From Candidatus Roizmanbacteria bacterium (GTDB taxonomy: Bacteria; Patescibacteriota; Microgenomatia; UBA1406), in NCBI GenBank assembly GCA_024654535.1, contig JANLHL010000007.1, forward strand, positions 2,395 through 66,394: 64,000 nucleotides of DNA, written 5' to 3'. Below are positions 8,626-16,613 of this stretch, piece after piece; position 1 is the first letter of the stretch, and the number at the start of each line of letters is the position of its first letter. A model generated the notes under the pieces. That model made no database searches. It was not told where the DNA came from and saw only the letters and a program-made list of their open reading frames with translations. The position numbers and the translations under genes were made by a program.

Positions 8626-11600
8626 TTAATTTTTTTCTTTTTCGTCTTCCTCTATATTCATGCTCATTTCTTGAGCTTTCGGTGCAGATTCGGCTTGAGT
8701 ACGGTCAACGTCAATAAATTCTTCTTGCGACTGTGCTTGTAGTCGAGTCTTAACCGCAGACTCTCGCATCATCATCTCATTTACTTCCTTTGCAGCAGCT
8801 CGTTTTGCTTTTAAGTAGACAGCTACATCGGTTACCGACATATTTGCCAACATGAAGAAAGGAATGATATCTGCAACCTGTTGCAATCCTTCTGCTCTGA
8901 CGTCCTCATCTTCGGATACTATCTTATTCAGCACATTTTCAATGTCGATAATGTCTTTATGAACCCAATCTTCACGAGTTTTAATTGTCTCAGAAACGGG
9001 GACCTCACCATGTAAATAGTGATTAATCCACATTTGTTTAATCTCTTCGTATTCGTCAACAGAGAGTGAGTCCTCTTCAGAAATAAGATCATCGATATCT
9101 ATGTGGGCACCCAAAGACATTTGGGCAGGAATACGAGTAGACTTCTTTCTCCCCTTCTTATCCAATACGGTGAGTAGTATATCTCTCATCTTTTCTACCT
9201 CAATATGTTCATTTGAGGATATTTTTTGAATAATACTTTCTTTATTCCCTCCATGTATCTCAACTAACATGCTTTTCAGAATTTGAGAAACAACTGACGT
9301 TGACAATGATGTGTCGTGAGCTAAGTGTTCTACCATTTGTACCGGAGGTTGTGCAACCATAGTTGGAACCAACTGCATCAGTTGTGAAATTTTTTCTTGA
9401 GATACATTGTACTGTCGAGAAAAATTTTCTATCAGAATTTTATCTTTGCTCATTTGATTCACTAAAGCCGTGATAATACTTTGCATTTGTTCTGTATTCA
9501 TGGTCGATTGTTTTGTTGCCAATGGTTGTTGTTGGGGAGAAGCAAATGACAATGAAGAGAGGTTGTTTACCAATGCTTGTGCGTGTTGCGTATCGACTCC
9601 TGCTATCTTGGCGACGGTTTCAATGAGCGCGTGATCCGTCTTTGTTTTCTCTGCGAATGAGCTGTACACATTGTTCAATACACTCTGGACTGCAATGGTA
9701 GAAAGTTGTGTTTTGTCGCTCATGCGAGACACAAGAGATTCACTCGTATCGGTGGAGTGTGTTGACAATGCTTCAGTCAGAATACTCGTGACGACTTCTT
9801 TTGATACCTGTTGCGTGTGTGCTGTTTTCTCTACAAGGTCCTCTTGTGCAAGGGCAACCTTAGACACTGCACTCAACAATGGAACAATGCTTTCTTGTGC
9901 TATTTGTGTTTGTGCAGAAAGATAAGTTGCCAATGGTTGTTGTTGGGGAGAAGAGGAAAGCAATGTTGCAAAATTACTCATTGCAGATGAAACGTCATGT
10001 TGTGTTGTGTTCGTCTGACGTGCTATCTCTTCTATGAGTGAAGTCGCTACTGATTCTTTTTCAACTTCACTCATGACAGATGAAAGTACACGTTCGACAA
10101 CTTCTGAAGCAACGTTGGACTGTTTAGAAATTTGAGTAACTAATCCTTCTGTCGAGTTTTGGGCAGTAGTAGAGGAAATCTGCGACAACACTTGAGAAAC
10201 TTCATCATGAGTTGCGCTGGCACTACTCATAATGTTATCCATCGACTGATTTGACGACGTAATCAAATGTACAATTTCTTGTATGCTCCTGTTCGCCTGT
10301 TCTCGTTCTGAAGAGGTTTGTTGAACAGATGAATCCGTGACACTATTTTTTTGGCTTTGCACTGATGATAGCACGCTCGCTACAGCAGTCAGCTTGTCAG
10401 TAGAAATTTTTGTTGCATCACTTTGCGTCTGTATACTCTGAACAGATTTCAAACTATCATGGAGATGTGAAAAGATAGACGTAGAGATAGACTGCACAGC
10501 TTGTGTGGTCATGTTTTGCTCTTTTGCTACCGCTGCAAGCATCGTCTGCGCAGGTTCGGTTATGTGCTGAGCTATACTTTGAATAACTGCCTGGGTTTTT
10601 TCCGATGTAAAATCTTTTTCGTGTGCGCTTCTTTCCACTTGACTATTTGAAGACTTTGAAAGCGCAGTAAATAATTCTTTCTGGTTTTTTTCTGAAACGT
10701 TCTGAGAAACTAAGATGGATGAAAGCGAACTGGTTTGTGACTGAAGCTCACTCATGAAACGCGCTGTTGTGGTTATGAATTGAGTTATTGTTTTGTTGTC
10801 TACACCAATGGTTTGGGCAATTGTTTGTAGCATTTTTTCTGTTTCATGAGTACTCTCGAGTACCGATGAAACAGATTCGAGTATGCGAGTTACTGTCTCT
10901 TGTGTCGTCTGGGCATTCTTACTGACCACATCCATAGCCTGGGCTATGGGCGAGCTTGCGACTGACGGCAATGAAGTGAGTACCTTCTCTACTGTTTCAT
11001 GCGATGTCGTTGAAGATTGCGATACCTTTTCAATAAACGATTTCTCAGACGACATATTCGAAAGCGCAGTAAGTGCAGATTCAATAGTTTGTTTACTCTC
11101 TTTTGTTTCGTTGATAAGTATATGTTCTATATTTGAATTTGAAGACGAATCTGTCTCTCGTAATTTCTCAAGAACATTTATGACATGATCTGATGTAACA
11201 GAAGCCATCTTAGAAATTTTCTCTACAACATTTTTATCGATAATACTTGCCGCAGATTGCAGTATACGAGACGTAATCGAAGAAGAAGTCGAACTTGTAC
11301 CGCTCACTTTTTCGATGTATTCTCGTACGTTCGATGTTTGTGCTGACTTCGGTAACGCATTTAGTACATTTTGAACCATACTTGCCGTGGATTGAGTATT
11401 TTTCGCTATTTGTTCAAGGTAGTCAGTATGATTTTTTAGCTCACTCACCCACGCTTCAAGCACACGCGTCACCTGGTCGGATTTCATGGTAGTAGCCTTT
11501 GCGATAGCCTGAGATACCGTAGTCACTGCTGGCCTATCTTGTGCAAGCATACGTATGTGTTCTCGTACTCCAACACTCGTTGCTGTTGTCGCTGCTAAAA

Positions 11601-13218
11601 TACGTTGAGCCAGTTGGTCACCCTGCGTCGCACGCTGAGAAATTTCAGTTTTTAGACGTACAAAAGCCGCCCTATCTGTCGTGCTTTCTGCAGACATGGG
11701 GTTACTCATATATCCAGAAAGTTCATGATAGTACTGGCTTTTCTCTTTGCTCGTTTCGAAACGAGCTATATCACGTAAGTTCTCGACACGTACATCCAAT
11801 TTTTGTGCAAGTTTTGCTGTTTCAACATTTTTGATACTTGTATTTTCTGGCACTTTTGCAACTATAGAATCTTTTATTTTCATCTTATCTTGCATCGAAA
11901 TAACCGCTGGCCTCCTAAGTGCTTCCTCTCGAGTCTGCGATGGGGACGGCTGTGGACTTGGTGCAATACCGCCACCATTGAGCATATTCATGAGAATGTT
12001 TCGCATTGCATAAATACCGTCACAACAATAATCTCTAAAAATGCGAAGCAGCCACCACGGCAAAATAATAACCGTCCAAAGCATAATGAGTGCTATCACA
12101 TACTCTGCAAATGTATCAATGTATCCCGAAGTATTGATAGGTCCAGATTCAGATAGAGCAGCACCTAACCCCCCAGCCCTCTGTGCAGGCCCTCCATACA
12201 GTATATTTATAGCAAGTGGATAGACTACTCGTTGCGATGCGTCGCATGTAGCAGATGTTGCAGCCATATACGCCGGTTCGCACGACTGTTTAGCGCGCGT
12301 AAAATCAAATCCAAATGGGATGCCGCTTGCCCATATTTTCGCCATAGCTCCCAAGAAAAGTGCAAATAACGGCCCGTAAAAAGCCCATTGGAAAAATACT
12401 CCTATCCAAATCCATCCGATATTACGAATAAATACAAAGGGCATAAGTATGGCCAAAAAAGGCGCGACAACAAGCAGAAACCATAATACTATTTTACGAA
12501 GCAGTAACATAATACCCATGACAAAATAGGTGAATGAAGTAAAATTGATCAAAAAAAGCGACGAACGAGCACTTTCTTCAAATTGCATACCAATTCTTTT
12601 GTAACCTTGGAACGTAATATACCCCTCCTCCGATTGTTGTAGAGCATGAGCTGCATCTGTGTTTCCGGTTACAAAGAAAATTTTAAACAACTGATCACCG
12701 TTCAATATTTTTATAAAAAATTGCATGATAATATCGGTAAGTTGAATAAGGGCAAGTATGATGAGGTATGAAAATACTATATATAAGAGCCATATAGCTG
12801 TCTTATACAAAATAGGTACGACATCCACTTTAAATGACACGTCTTTTTTCCGAGCTATCAATACCCCTATACCCATAAACGCAACCACTATCAAAATGAG
12901 AAAGAGCGCTGTTCCAGCAGAAACGAGCCATATTTGCCGAAACACAGGATGGTTATCTATAGATGGATGATCTAATACCCAGTTGATAAACTGCCGCGCT
13001 CGCTCTCCGCGCTTGCCTGCAACGGTCACTTCTTGGTCTGGCACCCACTCATTCGATGTCCATGGAATTGTCGGCGTCGGAGAAGGTTGTGCATAGACTG
13101 GTTGTACGTGAACAATAGAAACAAAAAATGACGCAACGACAAAAATAGCGAGCAATAGAGTGAAGTATTTTTGACCGTTGCCTTGTTTGACGTTGGATAT
13201 TGGATATTTATTTGACAT
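8626..13218 (-). CDS. Giant membrane protein: signal peptide, VirB6/TrbL-like polytopic domain, ~1000-aa S/T/Q-rich helical-motif tail, acidic C-terminus
   Basis: 1530 aa. N-terminal signal peptide (LLLAIFVVASFFVSIVHVQPVYAQ). At least 6 TM helices in aa 95-400. At least 20 copies of an amphipathic motif of the type [ST]xxx[VI]xx[VI]Lxx[LV]. The VirB6-like call rests on topology and genomic context only. Confidence 0.5.
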   Translation of the reverse strand: MSNKYPISNVKQGNGQKYFTLLLAIFVVASFFVSIVHVQPVYAQPSPTPTIPWTSNEWVPDQEVTVAGKRGERARQFINWVLDHPSIDNHPVFRQIWLVSAGTALFLILIVVAFMGIGVLIARKKDVSFKVDVVPILYKTAIWLLYIVFSYLIILALIQLTDIIMQFFIKILNGDQLFKIFFVTGNTDAAHALQQSEEGYITFQGYKRIGMQFEESARSSLFLINFTSFTYFVMGIMLLLRKIVLWFLLVVAPFLAILMPFVFIRNIGWIWIGVFFQWAFYGPLFALFLGAMAKIWASGIPFGFDFTRAKQSCEPAYMAATSATCDASQRVVYPLAINILYGGPAQRAGGLGAALSESGPINTSGYIDTFAEYVIALIMLWTVIILPWWLLRIFRDYCCDGIYAMRNILMNMLNGGGIAPSPQPSPSQTREEALRRPAVISMQDKMKIKDSIVAKVPENTSIKNVETAKLAQKLDVRVENLRDIARFETSKEKSQYYHELSGYMSNPMSAESTTDRAAFVRLKTEISQRATQGDQLAQRILAATTATSVGVREHIRMLAQDRPAVTTVSQAIAKATTMKSDQVTRVLEAWVSELKNHTDYLEQIAKNTQSTASMVQNVLNALPKSAQTSNVREYIEKVSGTSSTSSSITSRILQSAASIIDKNVVEKISKMASVTSDHVINVLEKLRETDSSSNSNIEHILINETKESKQTIESALTALSNMSSEKSFIEKVSQSSTTSHETVEKVLTSLPSVASSPIAQAMDVVSKNAQTTQETVTRILESVSSVLESTHETEKMLQTIAQTIGVDNKTITQFITTTARFMSELQSQTSSLSSILVSQNVSEKNQKELFTALSKSSNSQVERSAHEKDFTSEKTQAVIQSIAQHITEPAQTMLAAVAKEQNMTTQAVQSISTSIFSHLHDSLKSVQSIQTQSDATKISTDKLTAVASVLSSVQSQKNSVTDSSVQQTSSEREQANRSIQEIVHLITSSNQSMDNIMSSASATHDEVSQVLSQISSTTAQNSTEGLVTQISKQSNVASEVVERVLSSVMSEVEKESVATSLIEEIARQTNTTQHDVSSAMSNFATLLSSSPQQQPLATYLSAQTQIAQESIVPLLSAVSKVALAQEDLVEKTAHTQQVSKEVVTSILTEALSTHSTDTSESLVSRMSDKTQLSTIAVQSVLNNVYSSFAEKTKTDHALIETVAKIAGVDTQHAQALVNNLSSLSFASPQQQPLATKQSTMNTEQMQSIITALVNQMSKDKILIENFSRQYNVSQEKISQLMQLVPTMVAQPPVQMVEHLAHDTSLSTSVVSQILKSMLVEIHGGNKESIIQKISSNEHIEVEKMRDILLTVLDKKGRKKSTRIPAQMSLGAHIDIDDLISEEDSLSVDEYEEIKQMWINHYLHGEVPVSETIKTREDWVHKDIIDIENVLNKIVSEDEDVRAEGLQQVADIIPFFMLANMSVTDVAVYLKAKRAAAKEVNEMMMRESAVKTRLQAQSQEEFIDVDRTQAESAPKAQEMSMNIEEDEKEKN

Positions 13219-13249
13219 TGGATATTGGATATTGGTTATTTGATATTTC
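13194..13249. repeat. Composite intergenic repeat, right-arm copy overlapping the start of the 1530-aa gene
   Basis: TTGGATATTGGATATTTATTTGACATTGGATATTGGATATTGGTTATTTGATATTTC. Confidence 0.8.
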
Positions 13250-13391
13250 TATATAACTATAGATGAAATGATAAAATAAAGCAATCGAAAGCCAGCAGAA
13301 TGATACATACTAGTACCAAAAAATGCACGTTCGGAATAAAACCTAGTACTTTGGAATGGGTAAGTTCAAACATTCTTGGAGAAGAATTCTT

Positions 13392-13400
13392 TGCTATAAT
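13392..13400 (+). promoter_or_regulatory. Extended -10 promoter TGcTATAAT for tRNA-Ala
   Basis: TGcTATAAT ends 14 nt before the tRNA 5' end. Confidence 0.55.
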
Positions 13401-13414
13401 GTAAAAAATAGAGA

Positions 13415-13491
13415 GGGCCCTTAGCTCAGTTGGCTAGAGCGTCCCGATGGCATCGGGAAGGTCAGGGGTTCAAGTCCCCTAGGGTCCACCA
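13415..13491 (+). tRNA. tRNA-Ala (anticodon GGC), CCA encoded
   Basis: Manual cloverleaf: acceptor GGGCCCT/AGGGTCC with G3:U70, D arm GCTC-AGTTGGCTA-GAGC, anticodon stem TCCCG/CGGGA with loop ATGGCAT, T arm AGGGG-TTCAAGT-CCCCT, 3' ACCA. Confidence 0.95.
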
Positions 13492-13493
13492 CT

Positions 13494-13513
13494 ACGTTCA
13501 TAAAACTGAACGT
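13494..13513 (+). terminator. Hairpin after tRNA-Ala (ACGTTCA-TAAAAC-TGAACGT)
   Basis: 7-bp perfect stem starting 3 nt after the CCA end. No clear U-tract. Confidence 0.4.
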
Positions 13514-13533
13514 GCTCGAAATGACACGTATTT

Positions 13534-13608
13534 TCATTTGACGTTCTTTTTGATATTGGAACTTGGGAATTGGTCATTTATTGGATATTGGATATTTAAA
13601 CTTGGATA
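13534..13608. repeat. Composite intergenic repeat, right-arm copy
   Basis: TTTGACG..TTGATATTGGAACTTGGGAATTGG..TTGGATATTGGATATTTAAACTTGGATA. Confidence 0.75.
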
Positions 13609-13632
13609 GTACGATTTTCTTTAAAAAATCGT

Positions 13633-15351
13633 CTACATTCTTTCCAGCGTTTCTATACCTAACACATACAATCCATTTTTCAAGACCTGTGCTGTTGCTT
13701 CGGTAATATCCAAACGCATTTTGCTCCCACGGATAGGACAGACGTTGTAAAATGTATTGAAAAGTTGAGCACAATCATTCAGATACGTTGCGATAAAGTG
13801 CGGTGAATATTCGCGTGCAGAACGAGCAACAACATCTGGAAATTTCATAAGCTGGCGTACCAAGGCAGTTTCTTGTGTATTGAATGTCTGCGACAGATTC
13901 TCTTCTATTTTAACTTTTTCATTTTTAATTTTAAACTTTTTTAGTACGCTCTTTGCTCTCGCATACGTATACTGTACATATGGACCAGAATCACCACTAA
14001 AAGATAGGCTTTCATCTAAATCAAACGCAAGGTATTTAAAAGGGCTCATTTTTAAGTATGAATACTTTACCGCTCCTATTGCAATAGTATCTATATCTTT
14101 TTCTGTTAAAGACATTTTATTTTCACCAACAATTGTCCTTATTTTTTCATGAGCCTCATTGAGTATCGATTCCGCAGTGATAACTTTACCGGTACGAGAC
14201 GACATTTTCCCCTTTTTCAGCCCCACAAACTCATAGGCATTGTGATATTGTTTTCCTTTAAAAAGAGCGCTGTCTAAAAGCTCCTCAACTTTGAATGTCA
14301 CTGCAAAAAAACTTACCTGTTCCACAGCAACATTATGTATACACCTATCTAAATGACCAAAATCTGAAAATTCCATTTGTGCGAGGCCCAACTCTTTCCC
14401 TTCGTAGGTCAGAAAACCTTGGCTGTTGAGAAATACTCGCGTATCAAGCCCGTAGGGAGTGCCATCAAAAATGACTGCTCCTTTACTCTTTGTAAGAATA
14501 CCCTTCTTTATTGCCTCTTCGACTGTTTTATATGCTTTCTCAATTGTTTCGCTCTCCATATATTCACGATCAAAGTGCGTACCAAGCCGTTTATATATCT
14601 CATGAAATTTTTCCAGACTCCAACGGACTCCTGTTTGCCATATGTTCAATACCACTTTGTCTGACTTATTATAAATTGCCCCGTTCACTGCCTGAATTTC
14701 TTGTTTTATATTCTCGTCTTTCTCAAAGGCAGTCGCGCCTTCGGCATACGATTTCCCTAAAAATGCAACCCTTTCATCAATTGATTTCTTTTCTAGATTC
14801 TCAACTATTAATTCTGAATTCTTAATCGTATTTTGGATCGCCCATACTGTTTTTGCCACATGCATACCCACATCGCCTTGATAATTGGTACGAATAACGT
14901 GAGCACCAGCCTTTTCAAATAGTCGTGTGAGCGATTCGCCAATACAAAAATTGCGCAAATGCCCAATATGCATCACTTTAAATGGATTGGGATGGCCGTA
15001 TTCAACCATAATACGCTTATCTTTATAGTGTGCATTTGTTCCATAACTATCCTTCTCCGTTGCAATTCGCTTTAATTCACGTCCGTATACATCGGTAACA
15101 AAATAAAAATTTATGTATCCAGGGTTGACAACTTCAATACGATCAATATCCTTATGAGACAATTTTAAAAGTTTATCGCGTAGATCATTCGCAACTTCCA
15201 GAGGAGATTTTTTATACGCTTTTGCCAATTGTAGTGCAATGTTGCTCGAAAAATCTCCATATTCAAAACGTATCGGGTACATTACCTGAATTTTTTCGTG
15301 ATATTCTTTATCAATTACCTGTTTCAATAGTTGGGTGAGTAATGATTCCAT
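13633..15351 (-). CDS. argS: Arginine--tRNA ligase
   Basis: Class I HIGH motif (HIGHLRN), KMSSRTG in place of KMSKS, DALR-type anticodon-binding C-terminus. TGaTATACT (15359-15364) lies 7 nt upstream of the ATG. Confidence 0.95.
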   Translation of the reverse strand: MESLLTQLLKQVIDKEYHEKIQVMYPIRFEYGDFSSNIALQLAKAYKKSPLEVANDLRDKLLKLSHKDIDRIEVVNPGYINFYFVTDVYGRELKRIATEKDSYGTNAHYKDKRIMVEYGHPNPFKVMHIGHLRNFCIGESLTRLFEKAGAHVIRTNYQGDVGMHVAKTVWAIQNTIKNSELIVENLEKKSIDERVAFLGKSYAEGATAFEKDENIKQEIQAVNGAIYNKSDKVVLNIWQTGVRWSLEKFHEIYKRLGTHFDREYMESETIEKAYKTVEEAIKKGILTKSKGAVIFDGTPYGLDTRVFLNSQGFLTYEGKELGLAQMEFSDFGHLDRCIHNVAVEQVSFFAVTFKVEELLDSALFKGKQYHNAYEFVGLKKGKMSSRTGKVITAESILNEAHEKIRTIVGENKMSLTEKDIDTIAIGAVKYSYLKMSPFKYLAFDLDESLSFSGDSGPYVQYTYARAKSVLKKFKIKNEKVKIEENLSQTFNTQETALVRQLMKFPDVVARSAREYSPHFIATYLNDCAQLFNTFYNVCPIRGSKMRLDITEATAQVLKNGLYVLGIETLERM

Positions 15352-15373
15352 ACACTCAAGTATATCAAAAGGA

Positions 15374-15751
15374 TTATTCTGTCACCAATGCATCAAGTGA
15401 GGGTTCTGCCGGTAAATCTGTCGGGGTTGTATCCGTATCGAGTGATATGCTATCGAGTTGTTTTTCAATCATGTCTGGTTCTTTTTGTAATGAAACAGTT
15501 GGAGTTGGAGTCAATTTCGACGTAATCGACGGCTCAGCAGAAACAACTACGTCTGTAATTTTTCCGCTTGCTGCTGATGCATTCATAGGCCCCTTATATG
15601 AACCGGTAAAAAGTAGGGCAACTATCGTACCCAACACTGCCAGTAAGACTGCTGATAAACCCATAAGTACCACCAAAAAAGTGTCTTTTTTCTTGTGCTC
15701 TTGAGCTACATTTTCTTGTGGCAACGTGAGCGGCGTATAATTATTGTTCAT
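15374..15751 (-). CDS. Hypothetical single-pass membrane protein
   Basis: 125 aa with one TM helix (FLVVLMGLSAVLLAVLGTIVALLF). Its start overlaps the upstream gene by 11 nt, which suggests co-translation. Confidence 0.5.
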   Translation of the reverse strand: MNNNYTPLTLPQENVAQEHKKKDTFLVVLMGLSAVLLAVLGTIVALLFTGSYKGPMNASAASGKITDVVVSAEPSITSKLTPTPTVSLQKEPDMIEKQLDSISLDTDTTPTDLPAEPSLDALVTE

Positions 15752-16568
15752 TCGTTGGTGATAACTGCATAGTAACTATAGGCTTCTGTGTATTCAACTT
15801 GCTTTTCAAAGCATCCCTTACTTGTTTTGCCTCCTTAACAGCCAAGCGCAACTGCGCATATCCCTGTTTCAATTGGTCTTGCGACTGTGCTCTATACCCT
15901 TCTCCTATAATTTCTTCATTCACTTGCAAAAGCGTTGCTTTTGCTTCGTCATAATAATTTTGTGCAGATGCAATATATTCCTTTAAGGTAGCAGTATCGG
16001 CATTTTTCTGAGACAAAAGACCTTCGTATGTCTGTAATCGATTAAGAATCGATGAAAACTGTTGAAACCGTAAAGCCTCTGTATACAACAATCCCATTGA
16101 GCGGTAAGATTGCCAATTCTGCACCATAGTTTTTACCATTGGCTTAAGTGTGTCTTCGGTATCAACTCCTGTAAGAGCATTTTTCTGCGTATCAACCCAT
16201 GCTTGGCGCGCGGTAATACGGGCAGTTAACCACGTTCGTATGTCGCCATCAAGTTTCACATTATCCGTTATTTTTGTTTGAAATTTTGTCAAGAAAGTTG
16301 AAAGCGAATCTAACTTTTTGAGTGTATTTTGTTTTCTTACTTCTACAGTATCAGACGATTGCGTTTGAGCGCCATCAATAGCAGAAGAAGTTGCAGGTTT
16401 TTCATTACTTAAACGTGGATCAAATTTATTGAATCTTCCAGGAATCTGGGTGGGTTTTGTATCGGAATTCCCCATCCTATCTGCTTGTGCAGATTGTGCA
16501 TACACACCGGCTCCCGCAACGACGAAAAAACTAAGTAAAAAAACAAGTATGATCGACTTTTTGCGCAT
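15741..16568 (-). CDS. Hypothetical secreted helical protein
   Basis: Signal peptide MRKKSIILVFLLSFFVVAGAGVYAQS. The ATG at 16568 is 6 nt after CATACT (16575-16580). Lies immediately downstream of the coupling-protein-like ATPase. Confidence 0.55.
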   Translation of the reverse strand: MRKKSIILVFLLSFFVVAGAGVYAQSAQADRMGNSDTKPTQIPGRFNKFDPRLSNEKPATSSAIDGAQTQSSDTVEVRKQNTLKKLDSLSTFLTKFQTKITDNVKLDGDIRTWLTARITARQAWVDTQKNALTGVDTEDTLKPMVKTMVQNWQSYRSMGLLYTEALRFQQFSSILNRLQTYEGLLSQKNADTATLKEYIASAQNYYDEAKATLLQVNEEIIGEGYRAQSQDQLKQGYAQLRLAVKEAKQVRDALKSKLNTQKPIVTMQLSPTNEQ

Positions 16569-16613
16569 ACACACAGTATGGGGAAAAAGAGAGAAAAAGT
16601 CAAAGGGGAAATA

